Shown here: piece after piece, positions 46,246 to 54,508 of the stretch
Numbering within the stretch: position 1 is the stretch's first letter
How the letters are laid out: the number at the start of each line of letters is the position of its first letter
Assembly: GCA_012513645.1 (NCBI GenBank)
Contig: JAAZBU010000050.1
Location: 1 to 58,073, forward strand
Length of the DNA: 58,073 nucleotides
Direction: 5' to 3'
Source: Clostridiales bacterium
GTDB lineage: Bacteria > Bacillota > Clostridia > Christensenellales > Aristaeellaceae
The notes under the pieces: model-generated
Told to the model about the DNA's origin: nothing
The model's input: only the letters and a program-made list of their open reading frames with translations
Database searches by the model: none
Translations under genes and position numbers: made by a program

Positions 46246-47796
46246 ATGAATACCCCCATAGCCATCGGCCAGCATCTGTTCGCAGGCTTTGCGGGCACCC
46301 GGGTGCCCGAGGATTTTGCGCATTTGGTGCATGAGCACCACATTGGCAACATCGTCCTCTTTGCCCACAATGTAGAAAGCGCGCCCCAGCTGAAAACTCT
46401 GTGCGCTCAGCTGCGCGCCCTGGTGAAGGAAGCCACCGGGGTAATCCCCTTCATCGCCATCGATCAGGAGGGCGGCATCGTGTCGCGCCTGGGCGAGGAT
46501 GCCGCCGTGGTGCCCAGTGCCATGGCGGTGGCCGCCACCAATGACCCGGACAGCGCCTATCAGGCCGGCCTGATCACCGGCACCGAGCTGCGGGCCATGG
46601 GCATCAACTTTGACCTGGCGCCCGTGCTGGATGTCAACAGCAACCCGGACAACCCGGTCATCGGCGTACGCAGCTACGGGCAGGACCCGGCCCGGGTATC
46701 GGCCTATGCCATCGCCATGATGCGCGGTCTGGCGGAGGGCGGGGTGCTCAGCTGTGGCAAGCATTTCCCGGGCCACGGCGATACGGCGGTGGATTCCCAT
46801 GTGGGCCTGCCCGTGGTGGACAAGGCCCTGGACGCGCTGGAAGCCTGCGAGCTGGTGCCCTTCCGGGCGGCCATCCAGGCCGGGCTGCCCGCGGTGATGA
46901 GCTCCCACATCCTCTTCTCCCAGCTGGAGCCGGACAAGCTGCCGGCCACCATGTCCCGGCGGATTATGACCGGGCTGATCAAGGGGCAGCTTGGCTTTGA
47001 CGGCCTGGTGCTCAGCGACTGCATGATGATGGGCGCCATCGCGGACCACTACGGCACCGTCAACGGCATGGCGGCGGCGCTCAAGGCGGGGGTGGACATG
47101 GTGTTCGCCTCCCACAGAGCCGAGCTGGCGGGGCAGGCCGCCCAGGCCATCGCCCAAGCATTGGCTTCGGGCGAGATGGACCAAGCAGAGTTCGCCGCCT
47201 CCACCGACAAAATCCTGCGATACAAGGCCCAGGTCGACCGGCTGTCCACGCCGGATATCGCCTGTGTGGGCAGCCCGCAGCACCGGCAGGCCGTTGCCCG
47301 GCTGTACGAGCGATCGCTCACTGCGGTGCAGATGCCCGCGTGCGGTCTGCCGCCCTTGGGGGAGAGCCCGCTGTTCATCGCCTGCCCGCCCTGGCAGGTG
47401 ACGCCGGCCTCCAGCGCGGTGCGCGGCCCAGCCTCCTTTGCCGAGCACATGCAGGCCGCCTTGGGCGGCGGCATGGCGCTGATGCCGGCCGACCCGGATG
47501 ATGCGCAAATCGATGCACTGGCCAAGGGCGCTGCCGGCCACAGCTGCCTGATTGTGGGCACCTACAACGGGCACCTGCGCCCCGGCCAACTGCGCCTGGT
47601 AAAGGCACTGGGCAGGCTGGGCCTGCCCATGATCTGCATAGCGCTGCGCAACCCGTACGACCTGGCGCACCTGCCGCCCCATGCGGCGGGCATCGCGGCC
47701 TATGGGGCCAATGCTGGCGTGATGGCCGCCCTTCAGCGGCTGCTGCGCGGCGAGATCAGCGCGCCGGGCGTATTGCCTATCCAGCTTGCAAAGTAA
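46246..47796 (+). CDS. Glycoside hydrolase family 3 beta-N-acetylhexosaminidase (NagZ-like, two-domain)
   Basis: Contains ..DQEGG.V.R.. and KHFPGHGDT. ATG 46246 follows AAGGAAG. Confidence 0.85.
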   Translation: MNTPIAIGQHLFAGFAGTRVPEDFAHLVHEHHIGNIVLFAHNVESAPQLKTLCAQLRALVKEATGVIPFIAIDQEGGIVSRLGEDAAVVPSAMAVAATNDPDSAYQAGLITGTELRAMGINFDLAPVLDVNSNPDNPVIGVRSYGQDPARVSAYAIAMMRGLAEGGVLSCGKHFPGHGDTAVDSHVGLPVVDKALDALEACELVPFRAAIQAGLPAVMSSHILFSQLEPDKLPATMSRRIMTGLIKGQLGFDGLVLSDCMMMGAIADHYGTVNGMAAALKAGVDMVFASHRAELAGQAAQAIAQALASGEMDQAEFAASTDKILRYKAQVDRLSTPDIACVGSPQHRQAVARLYERSLTAVQMPACGLPPLGESPLFIACPPWQVTPASSAVRGPASFAEHMQAALGGGMALMPADPDDAQIDALAKGAAGHSCLIVGTYNGHLRPGQLRLVKALGRLGLPMICIALRNPYDLAHLPPHAAGIAAYGANAGVMAALQRLLRGEISAPGVLPIQLAK

Positions 47797-47813
47797 AAAC
47801 CCAGGAGGGCAAC

Positions 47814-48956
47814 ATGGCATATGTGATCGGCCTGATGAGCGGCACCTCGCTGGACGGCGTGGACGCCGCGCTGGTGGACATCAGCGAGGGGCAGACCAAG
47901 CTGATCCATTTTGAAACCTATCCCCTGACCGACGACACGCGGCAGCGGATTCTGGATTGCTGCTCGCCAGAGCGCTCCAACATCGTGCTGGCATGCAGCC
48001 TGAACGTAGAGCTGGGCCGTCTGTTTGCCGATGCGGCCATGGCCGTATGCAGGGGTGCGGGCATCCCGCTGGCGCAGGTGCTGTGCATCGCCTCCCACGG
48101 GCAGACCGTCTACCACATCCCCCAGGATGAGGGCGGCTGGCTGGCCTCCACCCTGCAGCTGGGGGAGCCGGCCGTGATTGCCTACGAAACCGGGGTGCAG
48201 GTGGTGTCGGGCTTCCGCGCGATGGACATGGCGGCCGGCGGCCGCGGCGCGCCGCTGGTGCCCTATACGGAGTATCTGCTCTATCGCTCGGAGATGGACC
48301 GGGCGCTGCTCAACATCGGCGGCATCGCCAACGTCACCGTGCTGCCCGCCCGCTGCGCCATGGAAGATGTGCTGGCCTTTGACACCGGCCCCGGCAACAT
48401 GATCATGGACGCCCTGACCCGCCGCCTGTTTGACCTGCCATACGACGCCCGCGGCGCGCTGGCCGCGATGGGGCAGCCGGATGAAACCATCCTGGCAGAG
48501 TGGATGGGCATGCCCTACTTCCGCCTGCCGCCGCCCAAGGCAACGGGGCGCGAGCTGTTTGGCGAGCAGTTTGTGCAGCATGCGCTGGACCGCTGGCCCC
48601 TTGTGCAGCCCCACGACTGGCTGACCACCGCCGCCCACTTCACGGCGCGCAGCGTGATGCTGGGGTTGGAGCGCTTTGTTTTCCCCCATCACGCCATTGC
48701 CCAGCTGGTCGTCTCCGGCGGGGGCAGCCACAACCAAACATTGCTGAATTTAATGAGCAACTTGCTGCCTGATACCTGCCGCCTGCTGCGGCAGGAGGAC
48801 CTGGGCTGGCCCTCCGATGCCAAGGAGGCCGTGGCCTTTGCCCTGCTGGGCTACGAAACCATCCACGGCCGGCCCGGCAACTTGCCCGCCGCCACCGGTG
48901 CGCGCTGCTCCGTCATCTTGGGAAATATCACGCCCAGGCCGCTTGGGCGCGGATGA
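47814..48956 (+). CDS. anmK: Anhydro-N-acetylmuramic acid kinase
   Basis: N-terminus MAYVIGLMSGTSLDGVDAALV, ~380 aa. AGGAGGG RBS. Confidence 0.9.
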   Translation: MAYVIGLMSGTSLDGVDAALVDISEGQTKLIHFETYPLTDDTRQRILDCCSPERSNIVLACSLNVELGRLFADAAMAVCRGAGIPLAQVLCIASHGQTVYHIPQDEGGWLASTLQLGEPAVIAYETGVQVVSGFRAMDMAAGGRGAPLVPYTEYLLYRSEMDRALLNIGGIANVTVLPARCAMEDVLAFDTGPGNMIMDALTRRLFDLPYDARGALAAMGQPDETILAEWMGMPYFRLPPPKATGRELFGEQFVQHALDRWPLVQPHDWLTTAAHFTARSVMLGLERFVFPHHAIAQLVVSGGGSHNQTLLNLMSNLLPDTCRLLRQEDLGWPSDAKEAVAFALLGYETIHGRPGNLPAATGARCSVILGNITPRPLGRG

Positions 48957-48986
48957 CAAGAAATATATGAGGCTCTATCTAAACGA

Positions 48987-49457
48987 CTACCTCTCGTGCT
49001 CAACGGCTGAGCAAAACGGATGTAAAATGAACTTCTGATTTGGATAACCATATTCCTCTATCAATTCATCTTCAACAAAGCCGAACTTTTTATATAAAGC
49101 TCTTGGCGCCTTCCCCTTTTCATCGTCCTCTCGAAAAGTGGAAACGAAAATATCTCTTGATAAGTCGAGGTTGCTTAATCCTGCTTTCAATAACTCTCTT
49201 CCGATGCCGTTCTTGCGATAATCCGGATGAACGGCCAGACAACAGATCATGTTATGTTTCTTTGAAAACAATAGCACGCCAATGATTTTATCATCGTTTT
49301 TAACACATAGCGCTCTTTGTGCCTTCATAAACTCTAATACGGTAAGCTCATGCTCCCGGATTTTATCAGACGTCTCTAACCCGGGAAAATTCCAGCTGAC
49401 CAATTTCACAAGTTCCATCCAAGAGTAAATATCCTTATCCGTGCCAAACAATACCAT
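48987..49457 (-). CDS. GNAT-family N-acetyltransferase (low-G+C gene)
   Basis: Contains ..LAVHPDYRKNGIGRELL.. Trimmed to ATG 49457, 8 nt after AGGAG. The track ORF starts at 49484 without an RBS. Confidence 0.7.
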   Translation of the reverse strand: MVLFGTDKDIYSWMELVKLVSWNFPGLETSDKIREHELTVLEFMKAQRALCVKNDDKIIGVLLFSKKHNMICCLAVHPDYRKNGIGRELLKAGLSNLDLSRDIFVSTFREDDEKGKAPRALYKKFGFVEDELIEEYGYPNQKFILHPFCSAVEHER

Positions 49458-49519
49458 GTATAACGCTCCTGCATACTGTCTCATTGTTATTTGAGTGAAA
49501 CTATTTCAACGCCCACGCT

Positions 49520-49876
49520 TCATTTTTGTCTGACTTTCGGCTTAATCAAATCATAACTGCGCTCAATCTGCCGCAGCAGTTCCGCCTGCGGCACATCCAT
49601 CCCCAGGGTTACGGTGTTCCAGTGCTCCTTGTTCATGTGATAGGCTGGCGCAACGCCCTCAAACGCCTGCCGCAGCAAAATGGCCTCCGCCGGGTCGCAC
49701 TTCAGGTTGACGCACAGTCGGCCTGCGCGCTCAAAGATGAACGCGAACGTCTTTCGATTCGCCCTGTGCCGCATGACGGTCCACACGCTGTCGCCGGCGG
49801 ACAGATCGCCAAAGGGATAGTCTTCATACGCCTGCGGCAGCGTCAGGCAGTGGGCGATGAGCGCCTGTCTGGTCAT
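49520..49876 (-). CDS. MmcQ/YjbR-family protein
   Basis: The sequence MTRQALIAHCLTLPQAYEDYPFG....W.VMRH..N.K.FA.I is typical of YjbR. ATG 49876 follows GGAGG. Confidence 0.75.
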   Translation of the reverse strand: MTRQALIAHCLTLPQAYEDYPFGDLSAGDSVWTVMRHRANRKTFAFIFERAGRLCVNLKCDPAEAILLRQAFEGVAPAYHMNKEHWNTVTLGMDVPQAELLRQIERSYDLIKPKVRQK

Positions 49877-49910
49877 GGATGTACCTCCTGCTTCGTCCTG
49901 ACAGGATATC

Positions 49911-49938
49911 AAAAACCCCCTGATTGCTCAAGGGGTTT
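49911..49938 (-). terminator. Intrinsic terminator after tRNA-Arg
   Basis: Minus strand: CCCCT-tgagcaatc-AGGGG, followed by GTTTTT. Confidence 0.7.
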
Positions 49939-49940
49939 GA

Positions 49941-50017
49941 TGGTACGCCCGGCGGGATTCGAACCCACGGCCTTCAGAGTCGGAGTCTGACACGCTATCC
50001 AGCTGCGCTACGGGCGC
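49941..50017 (-). tRNA. tRNA-Arg (anticodon CCG)
   Basis: 77-nt cloverleaf folded by hand. Acceptor GCGCCCG/CGGGCGU, anticodon stem UCAGA/UCUGA, loop CU-CCG-AC, T-loop GUGGGUUCGAAUCCCGC, and an encoded CCA. Confidence 0.95.
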
Positions 50018-50021
50018 GCGC

Positions 50022-50048
50022 GCCTTGAGGCACCAGGCGCCTCAAGGC
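50022..50048 (-). other. Perfect 10-bp hairpin forming essentially the whole 5' leader of tRNA-Arg
   Basis: GCCTTGAGGC-7 nt-GCCTCAAGGC. It lies between the predicted -10 box and the mature tRNA 5' end (4 nt away). No U-tract follows. Confidence 0.7.
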
Positions 50049-50054
50049 TTGAAA

Positions 50055-50083
50055 AGTATAGCACCCGAGGTGTGCCTTGTCAA
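50055..50083 (-). promoter_or_regulatory. tRNA-Arg promoter
   Basis: Minus strand: TTGACA, 17-nt spacer, TATACT. The -35 box overlaps the stop codon of the upstream 4Fe-4S gene. Confidence 0.65.
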
Positions 50084-50799
50084 TCAAGCGAATCCAGCAC
50101 ATCCCCCTGCACCGACAGGGTAACCACCTGCCAGGGGATGAACTTGCCGCTGGCTTGCAGGGCATTGACGGCGGCGCGCTCCAGCCCGCCGCAGCAAGGC
50201 ACCTCCATGCGCACAATGGTGAAAGACTTGATGTCGTTGCGGCGGATGATCTCGGTCAGTTTTTCCGAGTAATCCACCGGGTCCAGCTTGGGGCAGCCGA
50301 TCAGCGTGACCCGGTTGCGCATAAAGCGGCTGTGGAAGTTGCCGTGGGCATAGGCCGCGCAGTCGGCCGCCACCAAAAGGTGGGCGCCGTCAAAGTAGGG
50401 CGCGGTGAGCGGGGCCAGCTGAATCTGCACCGGCCACTGGCGCAGCTGGCTTTGCGCCGGGGCAGATGGCGCGGCCACGGGCATCTCCTCGGCCTGGGGC
50501 TGCAGGGCCTGGGCCTTGCTGCCCGCACAACCCGAGCAGCCGGCATCGGCCCCCGCGGCCTGGGCAACCCGGTGCTGATGGGCGGCTTCCTCATCAAAGG
50601 AGGCGGCCTCACGCTCAATGATGGCGATGGCGTCCACCGGGCAGTGGGGCAGGCATTTGCCCAGCCCGTCGCAATAGTCATCTCGAATCAGCGTTGCCTT
50701 GCCGTTTACCAGCTGGATGGCGCCCTCCTGGCATGCCCTGGTGCACAGCCCACAGCCGATGCACTTGTCCTGATCAATGGATACGATGTTTCGCTTCAT
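50080..50799 (-). CDS. 4Fe-4S dicluster-domain protein with a conserved uncharacterised C-terminal domain
   Basis: Track ORF 50080..51450 trimmed to ATG 50799, after CAGGAGGGAAC. It has two CxxCxxCxxxCP-type motifs (CIGCGLCTRAC.., ..CDGLGKCLPHCP), an Ala/Gln-rich linker, then ..AADCAAYA...CPKLD...MEVPCCGGL. Confidence 0.75.
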   Translation of the reverse strand: MKRNIVSIDQDKCIGCGLCTRACQEGAIQLVNGKATLIRDDYCDGLGKCLPHCPVDAIAIIEREAASFDEEAAHQHRVAQAAGADAGCSGCAGSKAQALQPQAEEMPVAAPSAPAQSQLRQWPVQIQLAPLTAPYFDGAHLLVAADCAAYAHGNFHSRFMRNRVTLIGCPKLDPVDYSEKLTEIIRRNDIKSFTIVRMEVPCCGGLERAAVNALQASGKFIPWQVVTLSVQGDVLDSLD

Positions 50800-50952
50800 G
50801 TTCCCTCCTGTGTGTGACAAGCCACAGGATACGACAGATTGTGGGAAAAGTACAGAGACAAGTGGTTGACACATGTAAAACCCAGACAAACCGATTGACA
50901 GGTGCAGGCGGCAATGATACCTTGATGCTGATTGAATTACAAGGAGATTGGG

Positions 50953-51900
50953 ATGGGCAAGAAAACCGCTGACGCGCTGTGGATGGCGCTGACCATATTG
51001 CTGCTGATGACGCTGGCGCTGTTGATCCCCAGCGCCGGCGCCGTGGCCGAAGAGGTGGTGTTGGCCACCGGCCTCAACCCCCTGCCGGTGGACCTGACGG
51101 CAGGCCCCAAGCCCGACAAGAGCAAGTATTTTGCCGATGGCACGGGCTATCAGGACGACTCCATCTATGTAAAGATCTATCAGGATCGTGCCTACGAATC
51201 CAACATCCTGTACGTGCATATCAAGATTGCCGATCCCACCCAGCTGCGCACCGCGCCGGCCAGCACCTTTGTGCACAAGGGCAATCAGCTGGCCGCCACC
51301 ATCGCCAAGCGCTACCACGCGGTGGCCGCCATCAACGGCGACTATTTTCAGTTTAACACCGAGCGCCACATCGTGCGCCAGGGCACCCTGGTGCGCAACC
51401 GCCCCACCGGGGAAGACCTGCTGTTCATCGACAGCGCGGGCGATTTCCATGTGGCATACCGCGCCCGCAAGCCCGAGGTGGAGGCCGCCCGCGCCGCCAT
51501 CGACGCCCAGGGTCGCACAGTGGTCAACGCCTTCTCCTTTGGCCCCATCTTGGTTGATAACGACCAGGCCGTCTTCCCCGAAAAGGAAAACTACTTCAAC
51601 ACCGCCGCGCTAAAGCGCGCGCAGCGCGCCATCATCGCTCAGCTGGGGCCGCTGGAGTACATGATTGTCTCCACCGAAGGGCCGGAGGACCCCAGCTCCC
51701 AGGGCCTGCAGCTGCACGAGGCCGCCCTGTATACCGTAGAGGCCGCCCACAAGCTGGGCAAGACCTGCCTGTACGCCTACAACCTGGACGGCGGCAGCAG
51801 CAACTCGCTGGTGCTCAATGGGGAGAAGGTCAACTCCCCCAAGAACCCCAAGAAGCGCGCAGTGAGCGACATCATCTACTTCGCCACGCTGGTGCCCTGA
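50953..51900 (+). CDS. Phosphodiester glycosidase (DUF2233/NAGPA-like) family protein, secreted
   Basis: A signal/TM segment, then ..AAINGDYF.., ..FSFGPILVDN.. and ..YNLDGGSSNSLV... ATG 50953 follows AAGGAG. Confidence 0.7.
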   Translation: MGKKTADALWMALTILLLMTLALLIPSAGAVAEEVVLATGLNPLPVDLTAGPKPDKSKYFADGTGYQDDSIYVKIYQDRAYESNILYVHIKIADPTQLRTAPASTFVHKGNQLAATIAKRYHAVAAINGDYFQFNTERHIVRQGTLVRNRPTGEDLLFIDSAGDFHVAYRARKPEVEAARAAIDAQGRTVVNAFSFGPILVDNDQAVFPEKENYFNTAALKRAQRAIIAQLGPLEYMIVSTEGPEDPSSQGLQLHEAALYTVEAAHKLGKTCLYAYNLDGGSSNSLVLNGEKVNSPKNPKKRAVSDIIYFATLVP

Positions 51901-52883
51901 TGCCGTTCCCTGTTGTACAGTTTGAGCTATTCGGCCTGACGGTATACGGCTTTGGGCTGGCGCTCGCCCTGGGCGGGCTGCTGGCCCTTTTGCTGCTGCA
52001 TCGGGACCGGCGCCGCGCAGGGATGACAACCGGCAGCGCGCCGCGGCTGATGCTGCCCGCTATCCTGTTGGGGCTGGTTGGCGCGCGGTTGGTCTATTGC
52101 GTGTTCAACTACCGCCGCGTGTTCTTTGACGCGGTGGAGGGGCATTGGCTGGGCCTTGGCCCCTTCTTCCGGCTTGGGCAGGGCGGCCTCAGCCTGTATG
52201 GCCTGCTGGCAGGCGTGCTGCTGGCTTGCTGCCTGTATGCGCGGTTCCACCGCCAGAGCGCAGGCCGCGTGCTGGACTGGGCGGCGCTGCCGCTGGGCGT
52301 GTTTGCCGGCATCGCGCTGCTGGCGCAGATACTGGGCGGCACCAGCTACGGTGAGGAGGTGCTGGCTGAGGGCCTCCAGTTCTTCCCCATCGCAGTGCGC
52401 AACGACTATGAGGAATGGAACTTAGCCGTATTCGCGTGGCAGGGCATCGCTGTGCTGGCGGCGGCGCTGTCGCTGCTGCGCCCGGCAAAAGGCACTGCCC
52501 GCCCAGGCGACCGGATGCTGCGGCTGCTGATCCCGCTGTGCGCCCTTCAGCTGTTTTTTGAGGCGCTACGGCAGGACGACTATCCCCGGCTGGAAAGCAA
52601 CGCCTTCATCCGCGTCAACCAGGTGCTGGCGCTGGCCTTTCTGATTGTCACCGCCATTATGCTCACCCGCCGCCTGGGCACGCGGCACGCGCTGCCGGTG
52701 TGGGGCATGCTGGCGCTGGCCGCGGGTGCCGCCATAGCCGCCGAATTCAACGAAAAGCTGCCCATGGCGCGAGAATTGCTCTATGCCCTGTCACTTGCCG
52801 CGCAGATTGCGCTGGCCGCCGTCATGCTGCACGCGCTGCGCCGGGACACAGCTGCGCGGCATCACCCCGAAGGAACAACGTGA
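51900..52883 (+). CDS. Polytopic membrane protein, prolipoprotein diacylglyceryl transferase (Lgt)-like
   Basis: Seven or more TM helices with an Lgt-like N-terminus (..FELFGLTVYGFGLALALG..) and ..GGLSLYGLLAGV... The similarity is judged by eye only. It overlaps the upstream stop by 1 nt. Confidence 0.45.
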   Translation: MPFPVVQFELFGLTVYGFGLALALGGLLALLLLHRDRRRAGMTTGSAPRLMLPAILLGLVGARLVYCVFNYRRVFFDAVEGHWLGLGPFFRLGQGGLSLYGLLAGVLLACCLYARFHRQSAGRVLDWAALPLGVFAGIALLAQILGGTSYGEEVLAEGLQFFPIAVRNDYEEWNLAVFAWQGIAVLAAALSLLRPAKGTARPGDRMLRLLIPLCALQLFFEALRQDDYPRLESNAFIRVNQVLALAFLIVTAIMLTRRLGTRHALPVWGMLALAAGAAIAAEFNEKLPMARELLYALSLAAQIALAAVMLHALRRDTAARHHPEGTT

Positions 52884-52920
52884 CAAGGACAAATCATAAT
52901 TAATATAGGAGGCACTGCAC

Positions 52921-53241
52921 ATGATTATCACCACCACCCCCACCGTAGAAGGCCGGCAGATTGCAGACTATCAGGGTATCGTGTTCGGCGAGGTGATCAC
53001 CGGCATCAACGTACTCAAGGACATCGGCGCGGGGCTGCGCAACTTCTTTGGTGGCCGCTCCCAGGGCTATGAGGAAGAGCTGCTGCACGCGCGGGAACAA
53101 TCCCTGCTGGAAATGCAGCAGCGCGCCCAGCAGTTGGGCGCGCACGCTGTGGTAGGCGTCAAGATGGACTATGAGGTGCTGGGCGCCGACAACGGCATGC
53201 TGATGGTCACCTGCTCAGGCACAGCCGTCACGCTGCGGTAA
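52921..53241 (+). CDS. YbjQ-family (UPF0145) protein
   Basis: The sequence [27 protein letters not shown]...D......NFFGGRS..YE is the YbjQ signature. Confidence 0.85.
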   Translation: MIITTTPTVEGRQIADYQGIVFGEVITGINVLKDIGAGLRNFFGGRSQGYEEELLHAREQSLLEMQQRAQQLGAHAVVGVKMDYEVLGADNGMLMVTCSGTAVTLR

Positions 53242-53243
53242 AC

Positions 53244-53639
53244 TTACTCCGCGAAGCGCAGCTCGGTGCGGATCTCGGCCACCTGGGCGATGGTCTCGTG
53301 CACCGAGCAATACTTGCCCGCCAGTTCGGCCGCGCGGGCAAAACCCTTTTGCTCCTTTGCGCCATATACCGTCACCACCATCTCCACCTCTTTTAACAGG
53401 GTGGGGATTTCTTCGCGCTTCACGCCGCGCACGCTGATATCCACGCGCTCGTATTCCAGGCGCATCTTCTCCGTGATGCCGCGGAAGTTGGAATAATAGC
53501 AGCTGCCCAGCGCACCCAGCATCATGTCGTAGGGAGCCAGCGTGCCCGCCTCCGACCCGATGGGCACGGTGATGTTCTTGGCCACCAGCTCGCCCTTGAA
53601 GGCACGCTCAAATTTCAGGGTCACGTTGATTTCGGTCAT
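53244..53639 (-). CDS. OsmC/Ohr-family protein
   Basis: ~131 aa with ..PYDMMLGALGSCY.. and ..KYCSVHETI.. (two Cys regions). ATG 53639 lies 8 nt after AAGGAG. It is convergent with ybjQ, with only 2 nt between the stops. Confidence 0.75.
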   Translation of the reverse strand: MTEINVTLKFERAFKGELVAKNITVPIGSEAGTLAPYDMMLGALGSCYYSNFRGITEKMRLEYERVDISVRGVKREEIPTLLKEVEMVVTVYGAKEQKGFARAAELAGKYCSVHETIAQVAEIRTELRFAE

Positions 53640-53968
53640 GTTCATAACTCCTTTTGCGCAAGCAGCGCTGATTTGCACAAACAGCGTAGCAGGGGTTAGG
53701 GGTGAATGTCAATGCTGAGTTGAGTGGCAGGTATTCCCTTGATAAACGCCAACCCTTCATCACACCCGCGTTTAACAGTTACGTTTTTCAGATCAAATAA
53801 AAGATGCCGGTATTTTCTTCTATTCATAATTCATACTCATTTAGTCGGGTATATTGACAAACAGGCGGCCATCTGCCTGACGCCGAACGCTGGCATACCT
53901 GGCCGCAGAGCAGAGAAATCGCTCAGTCGCTTATTTGCGTTTTGCTTTACTACTATTCGGAGGAATCC

Positions 53969-54508
53969 ATGAGCTCAAAGAAATGGCTACGCATTCTGGT
54001 GCCTGTGCTTATCCTGGCAGCAGCGGGCGGCCTGTATGCTTTCAAAAACCATCAGACCCAGCAAAAAGCAGCGCAGCAGCTGGCCTTGGCCGGCGACCCG
54101 GCATTCGTAATGGAGGAAACCACATTCGATCTGCAGGCCTATCAGGCCCATCAACTGCCCATTATTCTGGACTTTGGCGCCGAGGAATGCGGCCCCTGCC
54201 AGGTGATGCGCCCCGATCTGGAGGCGACGCATCAGAAGACGCTGGGCAAAGCCATCATCAAATTCTTCGATGTATGGAAAAAACCGGACTTAGCCACTGA
54301 TTACCCCATCCGAGTGGTGCCTACCCAGGTATTCTTTCATGCGGATGGCACCCCCTACACACCAAGTGATAAGGTGCAAGCGGCGGACCTGTCCTTCAGC
54401 CTGTTTGATCATATAGACACCGGTGAGCACTCGCTGACCGTTCATGAGGGCATTCTCAACGAAGAGCAGTTTGACTTAATCCTGGCGGACATGGGGATGG
54501 TGCCATGA
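53969..54508 (+). CDS. Membrane-anchored thioredoxin-fold protein (TlpA/ResA-like)
   Basis: N-terminal TM helix and the active site FGAEECGPCQ. ATG 53969 follows GGAGGAA. Confidence 0.8.
   Translation: MSSKKWLRILVPVLILAAAGGLYAFKNHQTQQKAAQQLALAGDPAFVMEETTFDLQAYQAHQLPIILDFGAEECGPCQVMRPDLEATHQKTLGKAIIKFFDVWKKPDLATDYPIRVVPTQVFFHADGTPYTPSDKVQAADLSFSLFDHIDTGEHSLTVHEGILNEEQFDLILADMGMVP

Noticed and set aside
46156-47820. 554-aa minus-strand ORF antisense to the nagZ-like gene. Similar long antisense ORFs occur at 2652..3746, 6431..7480, 12578..13774, 18949..20211, 20732..21739, 22087..23319, 23889..25097, 31397..32878, 45144..46334 and 55545..56870.
   Set aside because: Each overlaps a gene on the opposite strand that has clear family motifs. 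None has an RBS or a recognisable domain. Their composition (Gly/Ala/Arg/His/Val runs) is typical of antisense reading of GC3-rich genes.
48987-49876. The yjbR-like gene plus the GNAT gene as a GNAT-toxin/antitoxin (TacAT/KacAT-like) pair.
   Set aside because: The upstream gene is MmcQ/YjbR-like, not an RHH/DUF1778 antitoxin. The two genes differ sharply in G+C, are 62 nt apart, and the GNAT looks like an ordinary acetyltransferase.
50800-51450. N-terminal 217 codons of track ORF 50080..51450.
   Set aside because: The extension overlaps the divergent, well-supported phosphodiester glycosidase gene and the shared promoter region. A strong RBS plus ATG at 50799 starts exactly at the ferredoxin domain.
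53724-53972. 82-aa plus-strand ORF in the osmC/thioredoxin spacer.
   Set aside because: It has no RBS, is AT-rich and unlike the host's coding regions, overlaps the thioredoxin-like gene's RBS and start, and has no motif.
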